Assembly: GCA_965601925.1 (NCBI GenBank)
Contig: OZ271854.1
Location: 3,296,001-3,360,000 of the forward strand
Direction: 5' to 3'
From: Alkalispirochaeta sp.
GTDB lineage: Bacteria > Spirochaetota > Spirochaetia > DSM-27196 > Alkalispirochaetaceae
Length of the DNA stretch: 64,000 bases
The notes under the pieces are model-generated. The model ran no database searches, was not told the DNA's origin, and was given only the letters and a program-made list of their open reading frames with translations. Shown here piece after piece: positions 55,387-64,000 of the stretch (its first letter is position 1; every line of letters starts with the position of its first letter). Both the position numbers and the translations under genes were made by a program.

Positions 55387-55584
55387 ATGATTCAGGTCAC
55401 GAGACTTGACGGACGGGAGTTTTATATCAATCCGCACCAGATTGAGTACATAGAGCTCAATCCCGATACTACACTAATCATGTTGTCCGGAAAACGGCTG
55501 GTGGTCCGCGAGGACTACCAGTCGGTTCTCGACCGGATCATTGCGTATCGCCGCGAGATCGGCGTGTTCAAGAACGAGGAGTAG
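55387..55584 (+). CDS. flbD: Flagellar FlbD/SwrD family protein
   Basis: MIQVTRLDG..INPHQIE..PDT. Confidence 0.92.
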   Translation: MIQVTRLDGREFYINPHQIEYIELNPDTTLIMLSGKRLVVREDYQSVLDRIIAYRREIGVFKNEE

Positions 55585-55590
55585 GGTCCA

Positions 55591-56376
55591 ATGGATCTGG
55601 GAACGATAATCGGTATTACCGTCGGCGTAGTCATGGTTGCCTTGGGTATCATTCTCGGCGGCGTCGGTATCGGGCCGTATTTAAGTATCGACTCGCTCTT
55701 GATCACGATCCTCGGGTCGTTCGGGGCGATGATGGTCGCCCAGCCCATCGGGCGAATGCTCGGAATCATGAGCTACTTGAAGCACGTCTTCAACACCACC
55801 TCGTGGAACGAGGAGGAGCTCATCAGCCAGTTGGTCGGCTTCTCCGATCGCGCCCGCAAAGAGGGATTGTTGGCGTTGGAGGATAACCTCGACGCGGTTG
55901 AGGACGAGTTTATGCGTAAAGGCATCCAACTCGTCGTCGACGGTACCGATCCCGACATCATCAAGAGCATTCTCTACGCCGATCTCAACCAGCTTCAGAC
56001 GCGCCACGAGGTGGGGATGAAGATCTTCGACGATTGGTCCAAGATAGCCCCCGCGTTCGGCATGATCGGCACGCTCGTCGGTCTTATCGCCATGTTGGGT
56101 AACATCGGCGGCGACTCCGCAGCGATCGGGCGCGGTATGCAGACCGCCCTCGTTACGACGTTGTACGGGTCGTTCTTCGCCAACCTGTTTCTCATACCGT
56201 TTAAGAGCAAACTCGAGGACCGCGACTTGGAAGAGAGCCGCGTGAAGGAGATCGTTATCGAGGGAATTCTCTCGATCCAGAGCGGCGACAACCCGAGAAT
56301 TCTCCTGGAGAAGCTGGTGTCGTTTCTCCCCCCCGACCAGCGACACGCGGTCAGACAGGAGAGTGGCGCCGATTAA
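55591..56376 (+). CDS. motA: Flagellar stator protein MotA
   Basis: RKEGLLALE, APAFGMIGTLVGL, ALVTTLYG. Confidence 0.95.
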   Translation: MDLGTIIGITVGVVMVALGIILGGVGIGPYLSIDSLLITILGSFGAMMVAQPIGRMLGIMSYLKHVFNTTSWNEEELISQLVGFSDRARKEGLLALEDNLDAVEDEFMRKGIQLVVDGTDPDIIKSILYADLNQLQTRHEVGMKIFDDWSKIAPAFGMIGTLVGLIAMLGNIGGDSAAIGRGMQTALVTTLYGSFFANLFLIPFKSKLEDRDLEESRVKEIVIEGILSIQSGDNPRILLEKLVSFLPPDQRHAVRQESGAD

Positions 56377-56394
56377 TACGGCGGGAGTACGCGT

Positions 56395-57126
56395 ATGGCC
56401 GATCAGATGAAGTGTAAAAAGTGTCCCCCCGAGGGCGCGCCCGATTACATGCTCACGTACGGCGACATGGTCACGCTGCTTCTCACCTTTTTCGTCATGC
56501 TCCTTACCACTGCGACGATCGACGGATATCAACTTCGTCTTATTCTGGCGGCCTTTCCCGGTCTCGGAAATCTTGAGGGGGGGAACACCCTCGAGGCGGG
56601 CCGTCTCGCGGAACTCGGCAATACGATCGAATCGTTGCCCTCGATGGAGCGCGGCCGCGCTTTGGACGAGGCGCGTCGCAACGCGGTCAGCATCTTCAAT
56701 CCGGAGATTCAGTCACAACAAGTGCGCGTCCAGGAAGACGAACGTGGGCTGGTGATATCCCTCGCCTCGGACTCCTTTTTCGAGCCCGCCAGCGCCGACA
56801 TTCGGATCGAGCAAACCCGTGAGATTCTGCAGAAGCTGGCGACGCTCCTTACCGACCCCGGGCTTGCGGAACGGACGTTTCGGATCGAAGGACATACCGA
56901 CGATATTCCGACCGATCCGGCGGGGCCCTGGCCGTCCAACTGGGATCTGTCGACCGGGCGATCGTTGAGCGTGCTGCGATTTCTCGACGAACTCGGCGTC
57001 AACGACGATCAGTTTCAAGTTATGGGTCTGGGAGATACCCGGCCGCTATTCGATAATGATACCGCCGAGGGACGAGCGTACAATCGGCGCGTAGACGTCA
57101 TAATACTCTCCGACGGGCATCTATGA
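56395..57126 (+). CDS. motB: Flagellar stator protein MotB
   Basis: TYGDMVTLLLTFF, OmpA-like GHTD..NWDLS..NRRV. Confidence 0.95.
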   Translation: MADQMKCKKCPPEGAPDYMLTYGDMVTLLLTFFVMLLTTATIDGYQLRLILAAFPGLGNLEGGNTLEAGRLAELGNTIESLPSMERGRALDEARRNAVSIFNPEIQSQQVRVQEDERGLVISLASDSFFEPASADIRIEQTREILQKLATLLTDPGLAERTFRIEGHTDDIPTDPAGPWPSNWDLSTGRSLSVLRFLDELGVNDDQFQVMGLGDTRPLFDNDTAEGRAYNRRVDVIILSDGHL

Positions 57127-57156
57127 CGCGCCCGCAACGGTTGAAGGAGGCCTTCT

Positions 57157-57720
57157 ATGTCCGACGAAATCTTTGATACCGAAGAAGAGGGCGGCGGCGA
57201 GGAGCAACAAGCCCAGGCGGGAAAGAAGAAGATCGGCTTTCTTCCCGCCATCGTCATCGACATTCTCAAATGGACCGCCATCGTTATCGGCGGTATCATA
57301 TTTATAGTAGTGGTCGTCGTCATTACCGTGCGTACCATGAACCAAGGAACTCGGGCCACGGCTACGCGGCTCCCGCTTCAGAGCGAATATGAGGAGGGGG
57401 GCGCCGAACTCCTGTCGTGGTTCAGTCAGATCGGCGATATTCGAGGCACTACCGCGGATGCCGTCCGCCAGACCTATATCGTCAATCCGCACATCGGGTA
57501 CGACCCCGATAACGAGGCCGTGTTGCCCGAGCTGATCCAGCGAGAGATTCAGATCAACGAAGCGATCGCGATCTACTTCTCATCGCGCACCGTGGATCAA
57601 CTGGAAGGGGTCGAGAATCGCCAGCGGGTCAAGCGTGAGCTGCGCGAGGAGATCAACCGCATTATGACCAACAACGTCCGCGACGTGGCGTTCGACCGTT
57701 ATGAATTTATAGAATTCTAG
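57157..57720 (+). CDS. fliL: Flagellar basal body-associated protein FliL
   Basis: Single TM then soluble domain; position between motB and fliM. Confidence 0.85.
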   Translation: MSDEIFDTEEEGGGEEQQAQAGKKKIGFLPAIVIDILKWTAIVIGGIIFIVVVVVITVRTMNQGTRATATRLPLQSEYEEGGAELLSWFSQIGDIRGTTADAVRQTYIVNPHIGYDPDNEAVLPELIQREIQINEAIAIYFSSRTVDQLEGVENRQRVKRELREEINRIMTNNVRDVAFDRYEFIEF

Positions 57721-57794
57721 AAAATGCCGTTTTCTGGCTTGCAAAAGGAGCGATTCTGTGCAAAAAATGATACAGGGAGGGGTAGAATAGATAT

Positions 57795-58820
57795 ATGAAC
57801 GAAGTTCTGTCTCAAGATGAGATAGATCAGCTTCTCACGGCCATCTCGTCCGGCGACGTAGAGACGGAGGAGCTTGCCCAGCCGACCGAGTCGCGCAAGA
57901 TCAAGATCTACGACTTCAAGCGCCCGGACAAGTTCTCCAAGGAGCAGATACGCACCGTCTCGATTATGCATGAGACCTTTGCCCGCCTGACCACTACGGC
58001 GCTCAGCGCGCAGCTGCGTAGCTTGGTGCAGGTCCACGTTGCGAGCGTCGATCAGCTCACCTACGAGGAGTTCATTCGTTCCATACCCAACCCCACCACC
58101 CTCGGTGTCATTAACATGGATCCGCTCAAGGGGTCTGCCATTCTCGAAGTCGACCCCGCCATCACCTTCGCCATCATCGACCGCCTCTTCGGCGGCAAGG
58201 GCGAGGGCACCAAGGTCACGCGCGATCTGACCGATATAGAGACTACGGTCATGGAAGGCATCATCGTGCGCATTCTCGGGAACATGCGCGAGGCGTGGTC
58301 GCAAGTGATCGATCTACGCCCGAGACTCGGACAGATCGAGACCAACCCGCAGTTTGCCCAGATCGTACCGCCGTCGGAGATGGTCGTCCTCGTCACGCTG
58401 GAGACGAAGGTCGGTGAGGTCGAAGGGATGATGAACTTCTGTATTCCCTATCTCACGATCGAGCCGATTATCTCCAAGTTGTCGGCCCAATACTGGTACT
58501 CGTCGGTTCGTCGCGGCGCGACTACGGAGAATCTTAATATTCTGCGCGAGCGCCTCTCGACGATCGCCGTGCCCATGATCGTAGAGATCGGTTTGATGGA
58601 TCTTACCGTTAGGGAGGTGTTATCTCTCAACTTGGGCGACGTGATTCGTCTGCCCGAAGCGAACATCAACGACAGCATGGCGCTTCGCGTCGGAGACCGC
58701 AAGAAGTTCTGGTGCAAGCCCGGTCAAATCGGCAACAAGTTGGCGGTGCAGGTCACCGGCAAGATCGAGGAGATCGAGTCCGAAGATTTCGAAGAGCTTT
58801 TGGCGGAAGAAGGAGAGTAG
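57795..58820 (+). CDS. fliM: Flagellar motor switch protein FliM
   Basis: LSQDEIDQLL, YDFKRPDKFSKEQ. Confidence 0.97.
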   Translation: MNEVLSQDEIDQLLTAISSGDVETEELAQPTESRKIKIYDFKRPDKFSKEQIRTVSIMHETFARLTTTALSAQLRSLVQVHVASVDQLTYEEFIRSIPNPTTLGVINMDPLKGSAILEVDPAITFAIIDRLFGGKGEGTKVTRDLTDIETTVMEGIIVRILGNMREAWSQVIDLRPRLGQIETNPQFAQIVPPSEMVVLVTLETKVGEVEGMMNFCIPYLTIEPIISKLSAQYWYSSVRRGATTENLNILRERLSTIAVPMIVEIGLMDLTVREVLSLNLGDVIRLPEANINDSMALRVGDRKKFWCKPGQIGNKLAVQVTGKIEEIESEDFEELLAEEGE

Positions 58821-58823
58821 GGA

Positions 58824-59933
58824 ATGAGTGACGGTTCGCTGTCCCAGGACGAAATTGATGCTCTGTTAGCCGGTACCGGTAATATCGACCTCGGTGACAG
58901 CTCCGCCGGCGGCGGTGGGGCCTCCGCATCCTCTGACTCCTTGTCGGGACTGCAGCAGGCGCTCGCGGAGACGGTTGCACAGCAACAGTCGAACATGGCG
59001 ATGATTACCGGGCGCGAGGTCGAAGTGGCGCCGCCTACGATGGGCGGCGGCGCTCCGAGCGGGCTCTCGGGAGATCTCGTACAGATTACCTACAACCTCG
59101 GTGATGCCGGCGGCCACGCCTATGTGATGACCGCCGCCGACGCGTTGACGTTCGCCTCTGCATCCATGGGGCTCGACGGTGTGGAACTCGACGACGCCGC
59201 GTTCAACGCGGTGCAGGAGGTGTTCTCTCAGGTCGCGGGTCCGGTCATCAATACGCTTAGCGAGAAGACCGGCGCTACGATCATGCCGGAGCCGCCCACC
59301 GCGACCTCCGTCGACCCGGGAAGCTTGTCGCTCCCGAACGATCCGGTATATGCCCGTTATACGGTAACGGTCGGTGACGATTCGGCGGTAATTTACGAAG
59401 TTTTCGAAAGCTCTTTTGCGGCGCGGTTGGCAACGGCGGCGGGCGGCAGAGCGGCACTCGGAGAACCCGCTGCGGCGGCAAGGGGTGGTGCGATACCGCA
59501 AGCCGGCGGCGGGCCGCCGCAACAAGGCGGATGGCAAATGCCGGGAATGGGCGGCATGGAAGGCGGTATGGGAAACATGATGGGTGATGCCGGGCTTCCG
59601 GGTTTCGGTGCGGGGGCCAACGTTCAGTCCGTACAGTTTCCGAATCTCCAGCAACAGGGGGCACTGTCCGAGCAGGGAAATATCGGTCTGCTCATGGACG
59701 TGTATATGGAGATGACCGTCGAACTCGGGCGGACGAAGAAGCTCATTCGCGAGATCCTCGGTATGGGCGAAGGGACGATTATCGAGCTCGATAAGCTCGC
59801 CGGAGAGCCGGTCGATATTTTGGTTAATCATAAGCTCATTGCGAAGGGTGAGGTCGTCGTTATCGACGAGAATTTTGGTGTGCGCGTGACGGAGATCGTC
59901 TCGCCGATGGAACGAGTGAGTGACATGACATAA
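58824..59933 (+). CDS. fliY: Flagellar motor switch protein FliY/FliN (degenerate CheC-like domain plus FliN domain)
   Basis: LSQDEIDALL N-terminus, C-terminal SpoA domain (VELGRT..GEVVVIDENFGVR). Confidence 0.88.
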   Translation: MSDGSLSQDEIDALLAGTGNIDLGDSSAGGGGASASSDSLSGLQQALAETVAQQQSNMAMITGREVEVAPPTMGGGAPSGLSGDLVQITYNLGDAGGHAYVMTAADALTFASASMGLDGVELDDAAFNAVQEVFSQVAGPVINTLSEKTGATIMPEPPTATSVDPGSLSLPNDPVYARYTVTVGDDSAVIYEVFESSFAARLATAAGGRAALGEPAAAARGGAIPQAGGGPPQQGGWQMPGMGGMEGGMGNMMGDAGLPGFGAGANVQSVQFPNLQQQGALSEQGNIGLLMDVYMEMTVELGRTKKLIREILGMGEGTIIELDKLAGEPVDILVNHKLIAKGEVVVIDENFGVRVTEIVSPMERVSDMT

Positions 59934-59944
59934 GCGTAGACGAT

Positions 59945-59976
59945 CCGATATCGGGGCGGCAGACCCGATATCGGGG
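59945..59976. repeat. Tandem palindromic direct repeat CCGATATCGGGG x2 (20-bp period)
   Basis: 59945-59956 and 59965-59976; each contains palindrome CCGATATCGG. Confidence 0.85.
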
Positions 59977-59996
59977 ATACACAGGGGAGGGGAACA

Positions 59997-60713
59997 CTGA
60001 AACGATCACGTCTTGTGAGCATGGCCATTGCGATGTGCCTGCTCTGTCTATTCACACATACCGGTTTCTCGCAGACGGTCGAGGCGTCGAGTAGTGCGTT
60101 ACCCGCGGAGGCGGAGTCGCGTGAAGCGGCATCACAGTCCTCGGCAGGCGCGCCCGCGGCCTTTCCCGGCGAGGAGAATCTCGTCTTTGCGCCCGATTCC
60201 GACGAAGCGACCCCGTCGGTCGACGACTCCGGAGGACCTGCGGCGTTCGGCATATGGGATCTTCTGCGAATGCTTCTGGTGCTCATCACGGTGCTCGGCG
60301 CGATCTACGGCCTCATTGCGCTTCTGAGACGCCGTATTCCCGCGGGGTCCGACGAGCCCGACTCCCCCATCAAGGTGCTTGTCACGCGGAATCTGGGCGG
60401 CAGCCGCGACCTTCACGCCGTGATGGTGGGAAAAGAGGTGATGCTTCTCGGAGGAAACGAGAGCGGCGTGCAGCTGATCAAGACGATCGACGATCAGGAG
60501 ACGATCGACGAACTCGTCCTGGCCCACTCGTCCGGCACCGCGTCGCAACGTCGAACCTTCGGCTCCGTATTTGCCCAATGGGTCGGTAATCTCACCGTTC
60601 CGGGAAGCGGTCACGGCGAGCGCGGCGCCGCGGCGAGGAGGAGTGAGGAGGAAGTGCGCATCGGCTCGGGCTTCGTGCAGTCCCAGCAACGGCGCGTGAG
60701 GCAGATGAGATGA
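59997..60713 (+). CDS. fliO: Flagellar biosynthesis protein FliO/FliZ (start uncertain: CTG 59997 or GTG 60015)
   Basis: Signal-like N-terminus, TM, FliO-like domain; GGGGAGG SD best spaced to CTG. Confidence 0.75.
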   Translation: MKRSRLVSMAIAMCLLCLFTHTGFSQTVEASSSALPAEAESREAASQSSAGAPAAFPGEENLVFAPDSDEATPSVDDSGGPAAFGIWDLLRMLLVLITVLGAIYGLIALLRRRIPAGSDEPDSPIKVLVTRNLGGSRDLHAVMVGKEVMLLGGNESGVQLIKTIDDQETIDELVLAHSSGTASQRRTFGSVFAQWVGNLTVPGSGHGERGAAARRSEEEVRIGSGFVQSQQRRVRQMR

Positions 60714-61546
60714 TCACCCGTCGCATCGGGACGGCGTTGATGCTACTCATAATGGCCGCCGGCCTCGCCGGTCCCGTTTTCGGACAGTCCGTCCGTAACC
60801 CTCAGGCCAATACGCTCGGCGATCCGCTCCTCAACCCTGCACAAGGCGAAGAGGGACTCCAAATTCCGTTTGTCGATCTTCAGTTGCGCGGTCCCGACGG
60901 CGGCGAAGAGGTTGCGTTTTCGCTCCAGCTTCTGTTAATGCTGGCGATCCTCAGTCTTGCACCGTCGATTTTCATCATCATGACCAGTTTTCTACGCATC
61001 GCGATCGTCTTGGACTTCGTAAAGCGAGCGCTCTCGCTCCAGCAGGTTCCGCCGACCCAGGTGCTTTTGGGCATCGCGCTGTTTCTGACGCTCTTTTTGA
61101 TGTGGCCCACATTCAACGAGATATATGAAGGGGCGTACGTGCCGCTGCAGAACGGCGAGATCGGAATCGATGAGGCGTATCGTCGCTTCGAGCAGCCGAT
61201 GCGCGTATTTATGTTCCGGCAGATGGAGGCGGATCCGTCGAGCGTGGGATTATTTATGCGCCTTGCGGGTCTCGGGAGGCCGAACACACTTGCCGACGTG
61301 CCGACCTACGTCCTCATTCCCGGATTCATCCTCCACGAGCTCACCGTAGCGTTTAAGATCGGCATTCTGCTCTTTATTCCGTTCATTATCGTCGACATGG
61401 TGGTCGCCTCGACGCTGATGTCCATGGGTATGATCATGCTGCCGCCGATCATGATCTCCCTTCCGTTCAAGTTGATTCTCTTCGTCCTGGTGGACGGATG
61501 GAACATGATCGTGCAACAGCTCGTAGCGAGCTTCGGAGGCTTCTAA
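60710..61546 (+). CDS. fliP: Flagellar export protein FliP
   Basis: MTSFLRI, QQVPP, MGMIMLPP, LFVLVDGW. Confidence 0.97.
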   Translation: MITRRIGTALMLLIMAAGLAGPVFGQSVRNPQANTLGDPLLNPAQGEEGLQIPFVDLQLRGPDGGEEVAFSLQLLLMLAILSLAPSIFIIMTSFLRIAIVLDFVKRALSLQQVPPTQVLLGIALFLTLFLMWPTFNEIYEGAYVPLQNGEIGIDEAYRRFEQPMRVFMFRQMEADPSSVGLFMRLAGLGRPNTLADVPTYVLIPGFILHELTVAFKIGILLFIPFIIVDMVVASTLMSMGMIMLPPIMISLPFKLILFVLVDGWNMIVQQLVASFGGF

Positions 61547-61815
61547 TGGACTTGGGTTTCGTCGTTATGATGTTTCGTTCCGGAATCTTCCAGCTTCTGG
61601 TCGTCTCCGCTCCGGCGCTCATTATCGGAATGGTTACGGGGCTGATTATCAGTATTTTTCAGGCGACGACCAGTATTCAGGAACAAACCCTCACCTTCGT
61701 GCCCAAGATCGCGGCAATTCTCATCTCGCTTCTCTTTTTCGGACCGTGGATGATGCAAATGCTCGTGCAGTACACGATCAATCTGATGAATCAGATACCG
61801 CAGATGGTAGGTTAA
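61546..61815 (+). CDS. fliQ: Flagellar export protein FliQ
   Basis: FQATTSIQEQTLTFVPK. Confidence 0.96.
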   Translation: MDLGFVVMMFRSGIFQLLVVSAPALIIGMVTGLIISIFQATTSIQEQTLTFVPKIAAILISLLFFGPWMMQMLVQYTINLMNQIPQMVG

Positions 61816-61817
61816 CG

Positions 61818-62624
61818 GTGTTAGAGACGATCGCCCGCAACGCACCCGTATTTCTCCTCATTTTCGTACGGGTCTACGCGTTGCTCCGGATCGCGCCCAT
61901 CACCTCCTCGGCGTCGATTCCCGGGATTGCGCGTACGGCAATGGCGTTCTTCACCAGCTTTGCCGTCTATCCCGGCATTGCAACTGCCGGATATGCGGTG
62001 CCGGATACCATTCTCGGCTTCATTCTTTTGGCGGTGGGGGAGATGTTGATCGGTATTCTCACCGCGCTCTTTCTAGTCGTACTCTTCGCCGTCTTCCAAC
62101 TGGCCGGCCAGTTCTTTTCGCTTCAAATGGGGTTCGGTGCATCGCAAGTCTTCGACCCCCTGGCGCAGATCGAGATTCCTCTGGTAGGCCAATTTTTGAA
62201 TATGGTGGCGATGATGGTCTTCGTCTTCTCGAGCGGGTTGCAGCGACTATTTCTTTTCGGCGTCCAGGGATCGTTCGAGGCGATGCGTGCAGTCGATATC
62301 GCCGGCGCACGGGGAGATCTGTTCGCCCTCGTGGGGGCGAGCTTGGGGCAGCTGTTTACCCAGGCGCTCATACTCTCCTTCCCCATTCTCGGAACGTTGT
62401 TTTTGCTACAGGTTACGATGGGGCTCTTCGGCAAAGCCGCTCCCCAGATGAACCTGCTGATGCTCGGATTCCCGGCGGCGATCGGCCTCGCCTTTATCAT
62501 TATTTTGTTGCTTTTGCCCTTTCTGGTAGAGGCGTTCGAGGGAGTCATCGACGGCGCGTTCGATCAGATTCGCTTGGTCTTCTCCGGTACGGCGGGCGCC
62601 GTACCACCGGGAGGCGCCCCGTGA
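61818..62624 (+). CDS. fliR: Flagellar export protein FliR
   Basis: AGQFFSLQMG..FDP, KAAPQMN. Confidence 0.95.
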   Translation: MLETIARNAPVFLLIFVRVYALLRIAPITSSASIPGIARTAMAFFTSFAVYPGIATAGYAVPDTILGFILLAVGEMLIGILTALFLVVLFAVFQLAGQFFSLQMGFGASQVFDPLAQIEIPLVGQFLNMVAMMVFVFSSGLQRLFLFGVQGSFEAMRAVDIAGARGDLFALVGASLGQLFTQALILSFPILGTLFLLQVTMGLFGKAAPQMNLLMLGFPAAIGLAFIIILLLLPFLVEAFEGVIDGAFDQIRLVFSGTAGAVPPGGAP

Positions 62625-63913
62625 CGGCGATGGTGATGTTCGCACTCGCCCCGGCATCGATACTCCTCGTACCGGTCGCGCTCCTCACCGAGTTCCGCCG
62701 CACCTCGAATGTTCCCGCGCCGCGGGGCGCGGCGCCCGTTCGCGACGGAGATCTACGCGCCGACTCGACGCCGTCCGTTGCCGCGAGCGAGGACGCCGAT
62801 CCGTTACGCGTTCTTCGCGGTATGCATCTGCAATGGTTTGCCGCCGAGGACGAAGGGCGTACCGAGGAGCCGACCGAACAGAAGATTCGCAAGTCGCGCG
62901 AAGAGGGCAAGGTAGCCAAGAGTCCCGACGTTTCGAGTGCGGTCGTGCTTCTGTGTTCGGTCGTGGCGTTGGGTCTGCTCGGACGCTTTATGCTCAACTC
63001 GATGATCGACATGACGCGGTACTATCTGGAGCGCGCCGGCGACATCGACCCGACCTCCTCCGGCATACTTATGCGAGCCTTCTACGCCTATTTCATGAGG
63101 ATCGCGCTTCCGGTCGCAATGGTCGCCTTCGCCGCCGCAATCTTCGGAAACGTCGTGCAGTTCGGGTTCCTCTTTACCACGAAGCCCATAACACCCGATT
63201 TCAATCGGATCGCACCGCGGTTCGACAAGTGGGTGCAACGGTCGTTTTTGTCGACCGAGGCGCTCTACAACTTCTTTCGAAGTCTCGGAAAGGTGATAAT
63301 CATCGGGCTTATCGCCTTCCTGATCATTCGATCCCGTTTTGATCGATTAGCCAATTTGCTGAGAGTGCCCTATCTCCTTGCCATCAATGTAGTGGCGGAG
63401 ACCGTATTTCTGCTTCTCCTGTCGGCCGCGGTTACGCTGCTGGTGTTGAGTCTCTTCGACTATCTCTTTCAACGTCAGCAACACCGTGAACAGTTGAAGA
63501 TGACCAAACAAGAGGTCAAGGAAGAGCGAAAGCAGTTCGAGGGCGACCCGCAGATTCGAAGTCGACTACGACAACGCATGCAGGAGATCATGTCGCGCAA
63601 CATGGTGCAGAACGTACAAAGCGCGGACGTGTTGGTGACGAACCCGACTCACTTTGCCGTTGCGCTCCAGTACGATTCGGCGACCATGAGTGCCCCGACG
63701 GTAACGGCGAAGGGGAGTGACGAGACCGCCTTCAGAATGCGACGTATCGCCGGTGAGGCCGAGGTTCCGATCATCGAGAATAAGCCCCTTGCGCGCGCCC
63801 TCTACGCCGAAGTGGAGGTGGGCGAACAGATTCCGGAGAAGTTTTACGAGGCGATGGTCATCGTGCTCAGAGAGGTGTATCGCATGACGGGAAAGAGGGT
63901 AGTCTATGGCTGA
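62621..63913 (+). CDS. flhB: Flagellar export protein FlhB with N-terminal extension
   Basis: LQWFAAEDEGRTEEPT, KMTKQEVKEE, EGDP, autocleavage NPTH, ENKPLARALY. Confidence 0.96.
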   Translation: MTAMVMFALAPASILLVPVALLTEFRRTSNVPAPRGAAPVRDGDLRADSTPSVAASEDADPLRVLRGMHLQWFAAEDEGRTEEPTEQKIRKSREEGKVAKSPDVSSAVVLLCSVVALGLLGRFMLNSMIDMTRYYLERAGDIDPTSSGILMRAFYAYFMRIALPVAMVAFAAAIFGNVVQFGFLFTTKPITPDFNRIAPRFDKWVQRSFLSTEALYNFFRSLGKVIIIGLIAFLIIRSRFDRLANLLRVPYLLAINVVAETVFLLLLSAAVTLLVLSLFDYLFQRQQHREQLKMTKQEVKEERKQFEGDPQIRSRLRQRMQEIMSRNMVQNVQSADVLVTNPTHFAVALQYDSATMSAPTVTAKGSDETAFRMRRIAGEAEVPIIENKPLARALYAEVEVGEQIPEKFYEAMVIVLREVYRMTGKRVVYG

Positions 63914-64000
63914 TTCGCAACAGGCTTCGCGCCCCACTTCGCTCCTCGGCGGGCTCTTCGACGGCCATCGTAGCGACGCATTCGTAGCCTTCGGGGTGAT
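63906..64000 (+). CDS. flhA: Flagellar export protein FlhA (5' fragment)
   Basis: MADSQQ..SDAFVAFGV start of first TM; overlaps flhB stop; expected synteny. Confidence 0.75.
   Translation, partial: MADSQQASRPTSLLGGLFDGHRSDAFVAFGV

Overview
Core-genome window of a GC-rich spirochete (Spirochaetales). The 16S sequence, the collar gene flbB, the spirochete-type FlhB/FlgE and the gene order all support this. The very acidic exported proteins hint at a halo(alkali)philic Spirochaeta/Alkalispirochaeta-like organism, which is inference. Order: pta (partial), tyrA-bactofilin-TPR, tRNA-Lys and tRNA-Glu, a putative outer-membrane protein, a long UPRT plus TPR lipoprotein, adk, a complete rrn operon (16S-tRNA-Ile-23S-5S) and a Dpp/Gsi-type peptide ABC transporter. 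Next come cheW-DegT-like-nadK-recN, three hypothetical genes and a DUF4912-GH57 pair. A ~35 kb co-directional run follows: a reduced dcw cluster, xerD-deoC-TPR-dprA-xerC-hslVU, and the flagellar cluster flgB to flhA (partial). I found no mobile element, prophage or CRISPR array. The most interesting signals are at residue level. Three apparent pseudo-enzymes lie within 9 kb: a GH57 with its nucleophile changed E->Q, a DegT-like protein with the PLP lysine changed to His, and an M23-like protein lacking Zn ligands. FlhB has a long leader ending in a Prp-type LQWF|A motif, FlgE has Ser instead of Cys at the lysinoalanine cross-link site, one gene probably starts at ATA, and the stator carries Na+-type signatures.
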